A DNA stretch of 64,000 nucleotides from Prorocentrum cordatum. Its lineage: Eukaryota. Location of the stretch: the NCBI GenBank assembly GCA_963575745.1, contig CAUYUJ010000004.1, forward strand, positions 434,001 through 498,000, given 5' to 3'. Position 1 is the first letter of the stretch, and each line of letters starts with the position of its first letter. Under the pieces are notes generated by a model. The model did no database searches. It saw nothing but the letters and a program-made list of their open reading frames with translations, and was not told where the DNA came from. A program made the translations under genes and the position numbers. This document shows positions 37,321-50,658 of the stretch, one piece after another.

Positions 37321-38995
37321 CTGAGAAGGAGAAGGAGGAGGAAGAGGAGGAGGAGGAGGAGGAGGAAGAGGAGGGGGAGAGAGGAGGAGGAGGAGAAGGA
37401 GGATGAGGAGGAGGAGAAGGAGGAGGAGATGTCGAGGAGGAGGAGGAGTAGGAGGAGGACGGGGAGGAGGATGAGGAGGAGGAGGAAAGGGGGAGGCGGC
37501 GGCGGAGGCGGCGACGGGCGCGCCTCAGCCCAAGACGGCCGCTCGACGCGGCGGCCCTGCAGGGCCGCCGCGTCGAGCGGCAGCCTGGCGCGGCTGAGCG
37601 CGGCGCAGGCGAAGTTCGCCTGCGCCGCGCTCTGCGCCGCCATCTCCAGCGGCATTGCCGCTGGCGCGGGCGGCGGGGGGGGCCCCGCGCGCCGCTCGGC
37701 AGCCCGAGCGGCCCACCGCACGTAGCCGTCGTCCACAACCCAGAGGGTTGGGGGACGACGACGTGCGACGGGCCGATGGCTGCCGAGCCCGCCCCACCCC
37801 TCGGGGATGTCGAGGAGGATCCCCGACATCCCCGAGGGGTCCTCCGAGAGGAGACATGCCCCATGGCTCGGGGTCGCCATCGAAAAACATGTCTTGATAT
37901 GTTTTTCGATGGCGATCCCGAGCCGCGAAGCAAAGGGAAAAGGGAGGGCGCGCTCCCCGCGCGGCCTGTAAGCCGCACGCGCGCGGGCGGCGTCTCCTCC
38001 TCCCCCCTCCTTCTATCCTCCTCCTCCTCCTCCTCCTCCCTCTCCTCCTCCTCCTCCTCCTCCTCCTCCTCCTCCTCCTCCTCCTCCTCCTCCTCCTCCT
38101 CCTCTCCGCCTCCTCCTCTCGCCCTCCTCCTCTCGTCATCATCATATACTCCTCCCTCGTCCTCCTCCTCCTCATCCTCCTCCTCGTCCTCCTATACCTC
38201 CCGACTCCTCCATCGTCCCTCCTCCTCGCCCCCCTCCCCCTTCTCCTCATCCTCATCCTCCTTCCTTCCTCCTCCCTCCTCCTCCTCCTAGCTTCTCTCT
38301 CCTCCTCCTCCTCCTCCTCCTCCTCCTCCTCCTCCTCCTCGCCCTCCCCCCTCCTCCTCCCTCCCCCCCCCCCCCCCCCCCCCCGCCCTCCCACCTCCTC
38401 CCCCCCCCCCCACCCCCCCCCACCCCCCCCTCCTCCCTCCCCATAGCCTCCCCTCGGCTGCTCTGGAAGCTATAATCTCTCTCGTCGTTTGTCCCTCCTC
38501 CTCATGCTCCTCCTCTCCTCCTCTTCCTCCGCCTCCCTCCTCCTCCCCCCCTCCTCCCCCCCCCCTCCTCACCCCCCCCCCCCCCCCCCTCCCCTCTCGT
38601 CAGAGGAGGGGTGGGGGAGGAGGGGAGAAGGGGGAGGGGAGCAAAATTAGGAGGAAGGAGCAGCAGCAGGTGCAGGAGGAGGAGGGGGAGAAGGGGGAGG
38701 ATGAGGGGAAGGAGGAGTTTGAACGACCGCACCACTGATCAACGACATTAGCGCTGCAGCGCAAGAGGAGGCGGAGGAACGAGGCGGAGAAGAGGAATCG
38801 GCGACCATGCACTGTTCAGGTGCTGCAGCACCGAAGTGTCAATGAAAAAGGTGCGCTACAGCGCCATGCAGAAGGAATCCACGTTTTCAAAGCGGAGAAG
38901 AGGAGTCGTCGACCATGCAACGTTCAGGTGCTGCAGCACCGAAGCATTTAGCAATGTTAAAAAGTGCGCTGCAGCGCCAGTAAGGAATCCACGTT

Positions 38996-40899
38996 TTAAG
39001 CTAAAGCGCACCACCGCGGCTGCGACCATATCGGGCGCGCCACTCGGATGCCGCCGCCCTCGCGCGGCGCCCGCGCGAGCGAGCGCACGATGCTCGCCGT
39101 GCGCGCCCAAAAGGCGTCGGCGTCGCCGCCAAGCACGTGCGCGGAGGCGCGCGGGTGCAGCTTCTCCTTGAAGAAGTAGGGCAGGACCAAGCTCAAGCCA
39201 TAGTAGTGGCCGTTCTTGGTGGAGGAGAGGTGTTTCAACACCTCGGCCGCAATGTGTTCCCCTCCTCCGTCCTCCAACAGCACGACGTCGCCGTATTTGA
39301 CGTCGTGGTAGCGGCGCCGCGCTGCAGCGGACGTAACAAAGTCCGCAGGCCCGAACTGTTGCAGCAGTTCGCGCGAGATGGCCTTGGGCGGCCTGGTGGC
39401 GTTAACCAGGCAGTTAACCTTGAAGGTGTCGCCATCCATGAGCTGCCACAGGTGCCGCTCGGTGACGCTCTTCAGGACATTGGCGTCCCAGCCGCTGGAG
39501 GCTGCAGCCCCCACCTGAAGAGCGTTCGCAAAGCGCTTGCTGGTCTTGTGCTTGCGCTCCAAAACCCAGCACGACGGCAGCGCCACATGGCCCCACCGCC
39601 TCACGTAGTTGGCGAAGTGGTGCAGGTAATGGAACTTCTGCGACATCGTTTCCTTGCCAAAGACGCTGCTGTATGACAGCAAAAACATGTTAACCGCAGC
39701 CTGCAGCTTATCCGCGTCTGCCTGACGCCTGGATACTCGTAGGATTTCTTCCGCAACGATCGTGCGCGCCTCGAACACTGCGCAAGCAGATCGGACTGCA
39801 GGCGCTGCAGCGTCGCTAGCCACCTCCCTGAAGAAACACGTCAATCCGCCCGCGCGAACGCATGTCCGAACAAGAGGGGTGCAGTACATATCCTACAGAA
39901 ATTCACGTGCGCTGCAGCGCATGTATTATTGGTCTGGCGGGGGCGCGAAGCATGCAATGATACTTGCATGGTTGTGAGCCCCTCGCTGGCGGCACACTTG
40001 AAACGCTTGCTGTCAACGTGGGACCTCACGCGCTTCTCGCCGAAGATCGCGCACGTGTCGGGGGAGATGGAGTGGCACCCTGGAAACGACCAGTCCTGGA
40101 AATATGCGTCTGCGCGCGCCCAGTAACCCTTCAACCTTCGAAACATTTGGAACACCAGAATGTTATATGTACCGTTGACGAAATACAATGCATCCAATCA
40201 AACATGACTGTCTCGAGCGGCTTGAGTTTCCGAACCCGCTCAGGCAAATGGGGGTCCCAGTTCCAGCCAAGTCGGCGCTCCAACTCCTGGAACTCGCCCT
40301 TGTTCATGATGTTGACCCCTTCGATCAATCTGTTGCAGATGGCATCGAGCAACGGCGCCGTCATCGGCTGCAGCCGCGACGCATCTGGTTCCGAGTGGTG
40401 AACAGCGGCACCCGTCGCATCAGAAGCAACTATATCCCGAACTTCGCCCTTCAAGAACACGTTGCGGCACATAAAACATGGTTTGATTCCTGACGAACCT
40501 TTCATTCCGATCAAGCGGTGCATTGCATCCTCGTCCGCGATCCGACAGAGCCGCTGCAGCGACGCAAGAAGGCGTAATGGATATATACATGTGCACATGT
40601 ATGCTAACTAATCTTGGGTGCTATGCGGCGACCGCTGCAGCGGCTGAATGTGAATTCCGAGGTCCATCTGGATGAGCTCCGTCGCGCCGTCGGGGCGCAG
40701 CCGCAAGCTGATGCCTGCGCTGAAGTTGTGCCCCTGATCAGGCCAGAACTGCGCGAGGATTGCGTCCAGTAGCATCGTCAGTCCGCGCGGCTGGATGTCG
40801 TTCGCGGTCTTGGCCCGCATCGTCGCGAGCTGGAACCACGCATCCTGCGAACAAATCGCAGCACAACTGGCGCTGCAGCGCCTCTCTCTCTCTCTCTCG

Positions 40900-40970
<71 letters not shown>

Positions 40971-41729
40971 CTCCCTCTCCCTCCCTCTCTGTCTCTCTCT
41001 CTCTGCCTGCTGCCCCCCCCCCCCTGAACGCCCCCCTCCCGTCATATATCCCAGGCAGCAAGCAGCGCTATCGCGAAAAGTCCTCTCTCTCTCCGACGAA
41101 AGCGCCCGCGGGCCGAATTCCGCGATCGCCCAGTAGATGCCCCAGGACTTGCGGTTCTGCGCGTGCGCCAGCGCGTTGCCAGCGCCTATTTCATCGCCGT
41201 AAATGATGATGTGCCACGGGCGTGGCAGCTCCAGCGCCCGCTGCCACAGAGGCTGCATCGCGGGGGGGGCGCTGCAATACCACAGCATTGCTGCTGGACT
41301 GCAGATCTCCACCGTGTGCTGCCCGACTACCATGTTCTGGTGGAGCTTGCCGCACGGCGTGTTCTCACCGACCCTGAGGCTGAAGCTTCGGCCTGGAGCT
41401 GCTCCCCCGAGCGACTCCTGAATTCCGCGCATCCTGGAATCCTCCATCCTGGAGCCTCCTGGAATATCCATCATATCCTGATCCTGAAATTATCCTGGGT
41501 CCTGATCCACTGTGCGTCGGGGATCCCAAATTCGGGGTTCCGTCTCGCTTAACGGACGCCAGAAATTGCGCCGCATTCGCATTGCCAAAATCCAATGAAT
41601 GGCCGTTCCCCAGTTCCCCTTGATTTGTTCCCCCCGCCGCGCGAAGGCGGGAACAAAACCAAAAGAGAGCAGCCGCAGCACCGCCGCGGGCCGCCGCAGC
41701 TTCGCTGGGCGGTCGTCCTCTGCCGCCAT
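38996..41729 (-). CDS. CMC (EnSpm/Mirage/Plavaka-like) transposase with introns, copy 1 (indel-damaged)
   Basis: IIIYGDEIG.GN, RKSWGIYW, IADEDAMH..IGMKGSSGIKPCFMC.N, FDWMHC, FKCAASEGL, QKFHYLHH, SCWVLERKHK. Confidence 0.75.
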
Positions 41730-42420
41730 CGCGCGCGTTCCCGAGGCATGCTTGCCTCCGTCGCTGCGCGCGCGCGGAGGGGCCCCTCCGCTAGGGGCCA
41801 CGGCGACTACGGATGGAAATGAGGCTGCACCGCGTGGAGAGCAACCACATGCGCGCTGCAGCGCTAACTGCCAAGCAACAGTCTGGGAGCACATGGCGCT
41901 ACAGCGCCGCTAACGTTCAATGATGACAATCTGACGCGCTGCAGCGCGAACGTCCTCCTCCTCCTCCATCCTGCTCGCCATCCCCCTCGTCATCCTCCTC
42001 TTCCTCCCCCTCCTATACCTCCTCCTCCTCCTCTTCCTCCTCCTCCTCCTCCCCCTCCTCCTCCTCCGCCTCATGCGCCCCCTCATCCTCCCCATCCTCC
42101 TCCTCAACCTACCCATCCTCCTCATCATCCGTCTCCCGTCCCTTCATCCCCCCCGTCACCATCACCTTCATCGTCAACAGCATCAATATCACTCGCCCTC
42201 ATCATCCGCCACGTCACCATCCAACGAGAAACTGCAAGCGAAACTGCGCTGCAGCGCAACACAGTAACACATCATGATCCGCGCGCAAACTTTCAACCGT
42301 GGTCCACGGAGAAGCGCTGCAGCGCAACTCAAACAACACGCTCAACCACGTTCCCTCCAGCCTTTACCAATCAATCGAACCAGCATGCTTCAGCAGGCGG
42401 TCGCCGGGGCCGACCTCACT

Positions 42421-42967
42421 CAGGTCGCCTTCATCTTCTTGGCGTTCCGCAGCGAGGTCAACGCCTCGTTGAGTTTCTGGTTGGCCACGTCCGAAGCTGC
42501 GATGTCCATCTGACCCCGACCCTGCTACTCATACTCCTCATCCTCCCACATCATCGCCTTCCACCTCCTCCTGATCATCCCCCCTGTCGTCCTTCTCCCC
42601 CGCTGCAGCGGGGGAGTAGCCTGCCACACTCATGAACCCCACCGTCCTCCTTCTCATCCGCCTCCTCATCCACCTGCAGCTCCGCGGTGCGGATCTGCAC
42701 CTGCTTCTCCGCTTTCCTGGCGTTCTTCCGCGCCTCCTTCACCTCTGCTGTAGCAGTCGCCGTCGCTCTCGCGCGGGCCTCGCGCAACTCGTCGCGACGG
42801 TCGGCGCGCGCTTGCGCTTCCAACGGCTTGTCGCAGCGGCGCGCCGCCATTGCGATCCCAGTGAGGAGGCGGAGGAGGTCCGTTGCCAGCACCCGCTGCA
42901 GCGAACGATGGCGACTGCGACGCGCGAGCCAAGTGAGGAGGAGGAGGAGGAGGGGGAGGAGGGCATG
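42421..42967 (-). CDS. Small two-exon basic/coiled-coil protein upstream of the transposase (copy 2 near 54125-54670)
   Basis: Ser-rich start, KRKRADRRDELREARARA...QIRTAELQ, then a CAG|GT...CAG intron, then MDIAASDVANQKLNEALTSLRNAKKMKAT*. Confidence 0.45.
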
Positions 42968-43829
42968 CCAGCGGCAACGCGCAACATGAGCGAATCACAG
43001 CGCTGCAGCGCGTGACTTGGCAACAACCATGCGGGAGACAACGCTCGACATCACGAATGTTGGCGCTGCAGCGCGTATCGACGAGAAACGACTGGCACTC
43101 AAGACGAGCACGTCACGCAATGCATGGACACCGCGGCTGCAACTGCACACTCACAAACGCGCCAACGCTACAACGGCACCACAAGTCTGACAGGCGCTGC
43201 AGCGCTGCATCGGAACACAACAGCGCGCAATATCTACGCCACCATCCAGGAAAGCGAGCGCTGCAGCGCTGCATCGTGATCATGATGGCGAGGCAAACGT
43301 TGACCACAAAGGCGCCAGCGCTGCAGCGCCCGCATCCAAGAGAACCCGTCAACATATTTGACTTTCATCCTCCTCGTCGTCCGTGCGAGCCGCGCGACCG
43401 CCAGGCAAGACCATCGCCACTACCGTTCATATCATCGGCCAGCGTTCCATCCAACCTCGCACTAATCCTCACCATCCTCCTCATTCCTTCTCCTCCACAT
43501 GCTCCTTCTTATCCCCATCGCGCCCGCTGATTGCAGTCGTCTGCAGCTTCTCGGCCCGATAGCTGCCCCGCTCGCCCCCCACTCCCCTCCCCGCGCGCGC
43601 GCGGCCGGGGCGCCAGGGGCCCGCGGGGCCATCGCCGTTCAGGTTTCCTCGACACCTACGCGGCGATCGTCGGCTCCGGGTTCGCCACCCCGCGCTGGCC
43701 AAAGTCGGTCGGGCCGGCGCCTGTGGCCCGTACGACGAGAGCGAGCGTCGGGGCCGACCGTCCGTTCTGAGCGGTGGTCGGTCGGGCAGGCGCGCCTTTC
43801 GGCACCCTGCCTGCCGTGGCCACTGGGCC

Positions 43830-46800
43830 TTGCTAGCACCGTCGCTGCTCGCTCTTCGGCGGGCGGTGCGGACAGGGCCCATGCCACGTCCTGCCGTTGG
43901 CAGGTCTCTCCAGCCTGCACCAGTCTGGTGGTCTTCGGCGCCCTCCACGCCGACTTCGGCGCAAAACTCCTCTCCCTCCTCCTTCGCCTTCCCCCCCTTG
44001 GCCTTTGGGGCGGCGGAGCAGGAGGCCCATCTGAGGAGAGGAGTAGGAGGGGGGCCTCACACGCCGCAGCGCCGCGCCTTGCGTCGTGGCGCAGCGCCAG
44101 CCCTCGTCTCGGGCGTTCAAGGTGCCGCCGCGCCTGGGGTCTCAGCCGCCGCTTCTACGCAAGACTTTCAGCCGCCGCGACAGAGACGCCCGACGGAGGG
44201 CACAGTGGCCAAAGGCGCTCCGACGCGCCGCCCAAGGGCTTCAGCCGCCGCGCAAGCCATGCCCGCCATTCCTGCTGCCAGCGAACCCAATGCCAGCGTG
44301 TTCAACGCCGAAGCACCAGAGGGGTGCCCTGCGAAGATAACTGCGCTCTTGGGAAGGGAAGTGGTGGACGAGGATCTCTCTTACCTCCCCCCAACTCCTT
44401 CTCCTTGCCTCTACTCCGCCACCTGGCTCACCTGTGCCGCTAGGCATGGCGACCACTTTGTGGGCCCCGCCTGCTCCACCGTGGGCGGGGGGGCGTCACT
44501 CGCGGGGCACACGGGCTTTGCCGCCGCCTCGGTTTCCTGGCCTTCGGCTGGAGGCATCGCCGCGGCCACTTCTGCCGACGATGCTGCTCGGACCGCCGGG
44601 GGCGGATACATTCGCGCACCTCCAGGCTTGGACCCGCTGCCTCCTGGGCCTCCGGTCAGGCAGATTGGGCCGCCTCCGGGCCTTGACGTCTTGGAGGTTG
44701 GTTCCCAGAGGCTCAGTGCGGCATGCCCGCGCCGCGGCGCGGCTGCGGCTTGGAGCTCCACGGTCGTCTATCAGGTCCGACCTGGGGCCACGGCGTCAGA
44801 GGCCGCGCTTCCTCTACTGAGGACGCCGCCTCCGCCGCCACAGGGTCGCCCCTGGAGCGGTGCGTTGGCCCTGGTGGAGGCGGGGTGCTCCGTCGTCCCT
44901 CCTCGGGGTTCTTCGGCGGCCATGTCCGACTGCGGCCTTGACGGGGGTAGTCCCTCCTTTTCGAGGGCGGCGCCGCGGTGTGGCTCGAAAGGGGTTGGTA
45001 TGCGCCCTGCCAGCGATGCTGATACGGCCCCGCAGGGAGGGGCTCGTGCCGCCCCCCCAGCCGCCACCGCAGTCCACCAGCCTGGCACCCCGCCGCGGAG
45101 CGGCCCCAGGGCCACCTCGGCCTTACGCGCCGACCTCCACTTGTGGGACCTGCACACGGGCTCCGACACTCAGGGTGTGGATCCGCCGCCAGGCCTCTCC
45201 GGCTCCGAAGCAGGCTCACGGGTGCCGCCTTTGGTCGACCTCCGCGCGGCCCTTGCCTCGGATGGGGTGCAGCTGTTTAGCAGCGGGAGTATGCCGTGCA
45301 CTGCGGCGTCGCCACTTCTGTCCGAGCGCTTCGCGGTCGCCGACGGTGACCGCGCGGCCAGCGGAACACCCCTGAGCGCGGACTGGCATCGTGTCTCCGG
45401 GGATTCGCCCTCCCAGGCCAGGCATCTGAGGCCACCGTCCGGAGTTGCCGTCCCAGAAGCGGATGTTCATGCGCCGCCGCCGCTCCACCGTAGCGCGGTT
45501 GGTCCCGCCTCACTTCGGGCGGGCGCTGCCCGTGGGCGCATGTGGTATGGTGAGCGCGCAGGGCTCCTGCCTTTCACTAACCTCGAGGGCGGTGTCGGCG
45601 CGCCAGCTGCCGGAGGGCCACCTCCCCAGTCAAGCGCCCGGGGCGCTTGCACTTGTAACGCAGCGGGCACTCAAGCAGCGGAGTCAACTCCAGGCCTCGT
45701 CGGCTCCGCCGCGGGCTCCTCGGGTGAAGGCGTCGCCGCAGCCGCAGCCATTCCAGCGCGGCCCCGACGCCTCTCGTGCGATCGGATCCAGGGCCTCGCC
45801 GCGTCGATCCCTGCTCGCGCTCGCGAGCGCCTGCTGGCCGACCCACGTGGTCTGAGCTCTTCTCCGTCACCACTGGTAGGCATGCGCCCTTCCAGCGATG
45901 CTGTTACGGCCCCGCAGGGAGGGGTTCGTGCCGCCGGTGGGAAGTCAGGAGCGGGCTCGTCCACGGCGGCCGCGACGCCCCGGGATGCGGTCCCTGCGTT
46001 CTGCTCTGTCCGAGGGGCCGCTTTCGCCTCGGGCTCCTCGGGCGAATGCGCCGCCGCAGCGTATGACCAATCCAGCGCGGCCCCCCCAGAAGCCTAACTC
46101 GTGCCCCTGAATACGGCATCAGCGGCCTCGACCGTCGTCGCATCCCTGCCTCTGCGCTCGCGTCTTCTTGCTTTTTCTCGGGGGGGGAGAGCGCTGCGCC
46201 CACGAGCCGAATCCTCGTGACGTCCTGAGCCAATATCACTCACGTCCCCAATGGTCCGCATGCGCCCCCCAGCGATGCTGTATTACGGCCCCAGCAGGGA
46301 GGGGCTTAACGTGCGCCGGGGGCATCGTCAGGAGCGGGATCGTCCGCGGCGGCGCCGCCGAGCTCCCCGCGGATGCGTCGTCGAATGGTCTTTGGCTCGG
46401 CTCCGAGGGGCCGCTTTTGCCGCGGGCTCCTCGGATGAAGGCGTCGCCGCAGTCACTGCCACTCCAGCGCGGCCCCGACGCCGCTCGGCCTCCACCAACA
46501 GCGCTGCCGCACTCCCCGCCTTCAGGCTCCGACGAGTGAGTTCGTCGGGTCCGCACTCGGCGTGGAGGACGGCGGGGTCGTCGGGCCGTCGATGGTAGCT
46601 GCCGTGCCGCTCACGCTCCAGCCCATGCTGGTGCAGCTGCCTCGTCTACGGACGCCCTTTCTGGTGCTTCAGAGGCCGCTTCTGGGGCCCCTGTCCAAGG
46701 GAGCCGCCGCTCGCGCTTCAATCGGAGCGTGCGCGAGGAAGCGGCAGCAATGTTGCGCTTCGGAAGTGCACCGCCCGTTGCCGTGCCTCCTGCGGCTGGA

Positions 46801-49218
46801 GCCCCGCCACGGTTTTCAGCTTCAGCCGAAGCTGCGGTGGCCCCGTCGGTAGGCATGTGCTCTGCCGGCGATGCTGGTGCGGCCCCGCAGGAAGGGGTTC
46901 GTGCCGCCGACGGGGTCACCGCGGAGGGGGGTGCACGCGCCGCCCAGGCCAGCGGCTACCAAGGCGGAGCCCCCGAGGAGCCTCCTCGGCTCCAAGCTGT
47001 CGGTGGCCCTGCCATGGACCAAGAGGGCTCCGGGCAGCCCCGAGCCGGCCCCGCCGACCAAGGTGCCTCTTACCCCCAATCTGTTGGAGCCGCCCACGTC
47101 GGGCGGGTCGAACGGGGTGCTGGATGTGCTCGGCCGCCGCCGCCGGGGAGGTCTCATCCCGCGGCCGCCGCCCGCCGCTTCTGGACCGAGCGAGGTCGCG
47201 ATGGTAGGGATGCGCAGGTGCAGCGCGGCTGTTTCGGCGCCGCTGGGCCCCGTGCGTTGTTGAGCTCGCTCGTGGGGCGGTGTTGTCCGCAGCGACATCA
47301 GTTCGCACCTGTCACAAGAATTGTGGCGGCGCTCCGAGCGCGGCGGCTGGCATACTCGTCTCCACGACCGCCACTTGCTCATGGTTCTGAGCCGCGGGGA
47401 ACCTTTAGGCCCCGAGCTGACCCAGATACACCGCGAGGTGGGGCTTCCCTCCCTCGAGCTCCCCATCGCACCGCGCTGGGTCAGTGAGCTGTCGGAGGCG
47501 CTGCGTTTCCGTTTGGCCTACAAGTGGGAATTCCGCACGCCCCGCCACATCAATATCCTGGAGACCACCGTGTTCAAGAGTCTGTGCAAGTACTGTTGCA
47601 TCCGCAACCCTGACTCACGGATCCCTGTTCTCTTGGATTCCCAAGTGGCACTAGGCGCGGCCGCCCGCGGTCGGAGCAGCAGCCCTGGCCTTTCGCACGT
47701 GTTGAGCACCTGCTTGCCCTACATTTTGGGGGGCGGGCTCTGCGTGGGCGGGCTCTACGTCCCGACCGACGTCCACCGAGCGGACGACCCCACGCGCAAT
47801 CGCCCTGTTCGCCCCCCCTCGCGTGTCGAGCCTGCTTGGTTGCTTGACATAGACGAGGGTCGCTTTGAGCGATTCGACATGATAGCGGCCGCCGACGCCG
47901 CCTCCGCGTGCCCGACTTGTCTGTGGGGCCGGTTCGTGCTGCAAGTTCTGGCTCGCAGCCCCGCCGCGGGCGCAGGCCCGCTCGGGCACCCCGAGGATCG
48001 CCACGTGGGAGCGCCAGCCCGGGTCGACAGGGGCGACGCGACGGCCTCCGCCGAGGCCCGCGACGCATATGAAAGCGCCGCGCCGCGCAGGGGGGCTCCT
48101 GTCTCCGTCAAGGTGCCCTCGAGCGCGGCGGCGGTGAGCTTCTCCGCGTCGCGCTGCACTCGCGCCCGTGACAGCCTGCCGGCCGCCCCTCGGGTACCAA
48201 GCCCTTCGCCGTCCCCGCCGGTAGGCATGCGCCCTTCCAGCGATGCTGTTGCGGCCCCGCAGGGAGGGGTTCGCGCCGCCGGTGGAGGGCCAGGAGAGGG
48301 CGCGCCCGAGCGGAGGTCACGCGCCAAGAGCGACGCAATCGCCGCTGCTCGACCTGGTACGCCCAAGGGGGACGCTCACCCCGTCTCGCTTCTGTCGGAG
48401 GCGAACGGCTCGGCTCCAGCTTCGTTGGGGGGTCTTCTGGGTCGTCCGTCCGTCACGACTCAGACTCGCCACCGCCAAGATCGCGCCGCCACACTTGTTG
48501 CCGCGCTCGATTTGCTCCACCTGGAGCGCGGTGCGACCACTGATCGCGTGAACGCTCAGTTTCGACGGATGGGTTGGGCCTGCCATCCCGACCGCGATAG
48601 TCGATCGAGGCCAGCAGGAAATGGCGTGCTCTCTGTGACGCCAAAGCCTTCCTCCTCGGGCCTGGGCGCGATGTTACCGGCCCCGATGCCCCGGCCTCTG
48701 GCGGCGCTACTCGCCGTGCTTTGGGCAGTGGGCTCTTGGCGGCGGGAAGGCGTGACGACGCGAACCGCTCGCGCGGGGTCGCCACTCGGGATTCGGCTCT
48801 CGACGCCTCCCTCGGTGCTCGCCTCCGCGGCATGCCGGGGGAGCGTCGGGGCGCCCCTGGCGCGTCTCCAGACGCAGAGCCGAGCGCGGTCGCTAGCTGC
48901 AGCGACCCAGGGTCGCGGGCTGCGCCACGTTGTACGGTGCAGACCCCCGCGATGCCTACTGCCGCCATGCGACGCACGCAAGCTCGCCCGGAGGCCGACC
49001 TGGGGGCCGCCCGTACCGCGGCCGCGGTGCTCCCGTTCGAGCCAGCACCCTGCCCCCCCTGCCAGGGTGCCGCGCCGACGCCCATAGCGTCGCGCCGCGC
49101 GCCAGCTCTGCACCTGCCCTGCTGGCCGGGCGCTCGCTGGGCGCAGCGGCTATGCTGCGTGCTACCCGCGAGCGGGCTGCCAGTGCGGCCACCGCCGGGG
49201 CGGCACAACACAGGGCCG
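43830..49218 (+). pseudogene. DIRS-like retroelement polyprotein, copy 1, RT deleted
   Basis: Same sequence as copy 2 but lacking 1839 bp and 224 bp at ~47255-47275. It retains the RNase H C-terminal part and a frameshifted J-domain. Confidence 0.85.
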
Positions 49219-49318
49219 NNNNNNNNNNNNNNNNNNNNNNNNNNNNNNNNNNNNNNNNNNNNNNNNNNNNNNNNNNNNNNNNNNNNNNNNNNNNNNNNNN
49301 NNNNNNNNNNNNNNNNNN
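49219..49318. other. Assembly gap (100 N)
   Basis: Run of N. Confidence 1.
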
Positions 49319-50658
49319 CGCCTCAGCCCAAGACGGCCGCTCGACGCGGCGGCCCTGCAGGGCCGCCGCGTCGAGCGGCAGCCTGGCGCGGCTGAGCGCG
49401 GCGCAGGCAAAGTTCGCCTGCGCCGCGCTCTGCGCCGCCATCTCCAGCGGCATTGCCGCTGGCGCGGGCGGCGGGGGGGGGCCCGCGCGCCGCTCGGCAG
49501 CCAGAGCGGCCCACCGCACGTAGCCGTCGTCCACAACCCAGAGGGTTGGGGGACGACGACGTGCGACGGGCCGATGGCTGCCGAGCCCGTCCCACCCCTC
49601 GGGGATGTCGAGGAGGATCCCCGACATCCCCGAGGGGTCCTCCGAGAGGAGACTGCCCCATGGCTCGGGGTCGCCATCGAAACACATGTCTCGATATGTT
49701 TTTTTCGATGGCGATCCCGAGCCGCGAAGCAAAGGGAAAAGGGAGGGCGCGCTCCCCGCGCGGCCTGTAAGCCGCACGCGCGCGGGCGGCGTCTCCTCCT
49801 CCCCCCTCCTTCTATCCTCCTCCTCCTCCTCCTCCTCCTCCTCCTCCTCCTCCTCCTCCTCCTCCTCCTCCTCTCCGCCTCCTCGCTCTCGCTCTCCTCC
49901 TCTCGTATCATCATATCTCCTCCCTCGTCCTCCTCCTCCTCTCCTCCTCCTCGTCCTCCTAGCCGCCCCGCTCCTCCGATCGTCCTCCTCCTCGCCCCCT
50001 TCCCCGCCCATCTCATCCTCCTCGCTCCTCCTCCTCCTCTCCTAAGCTTCTCTCCCCTCTCCTCTCCTCCTCCTCCTCCTCCTCACTCCTCCTCCTCGCC
50101 CTCCTCCTCCTCCTCCCCCCCCCCCCCCCCTCCTCCCCCCCCTCCTCTCGCTCTGAGCTATCTCGTCGTTTTCCTCCTCCTCATGCTCCTCCTCCTCCTC
50201 CTCCCCCTCCTCCTCCTCCTCCTCCTCCTCCTCCTCCTCCTCCCCCTCCCCCTCCTCCACCCTCCCCCCCTCGTCAGAGGAGGGGGGGGGAGAGGAGAAG
50301 GGGGAGGGGGAGCAAGATGAGGAGGAGGAGCAGCAGTAGGAGCAGGAGGAGGAGGGGGAGAAGGGGGAGGATGCGGGGAAGGAGGAGTTTGAACGACCGC
50401 ACCACTGATCAACGACATTATCGCTGCAGCGCAAGAGGAGGAGGAGGAACGAGGCGGAGGAGAGGAATCGGCGACCATGCACTGTTCAGGTGCTGCAGCA
50501 CCGAAGTGTCAATGAAAAAGGTGCGCGATGCAGAAGGAATCCACGTTTTCAAGGCGGAGAAGAGGAGTCGTCGACCATGCAACGTTCAGGTGCTGCAGCA
50601 CCGAAGCATTTAGCAATGTAAAAAAAGTGCGCTGCAGCGCCAGTAAGGAATCCACGTT

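Larger units (their letters stand above)
37521..49218. repeat. Large duplication, copy 1 (matches 49319-62881)
   Basis: Collinear, highly similar sequence; offset 11704 early in the DIRS-like part and 13658 after two deletions. Confidence 0.95.

Noticed and set aside
41375..41690. Apparent insertion in transposase copy 1
   Set aside because: A stuttered, indel-rich version of the copy 2 sequence; looks like uncorrected long-read noise (as does 46060-46390).
38720..43470. CACTA terminal inverted repeats
   Set aside because: CACTG/CACTA words occur but no matching inverted pair with a TSD could be identified, so the element ends remain undefined.
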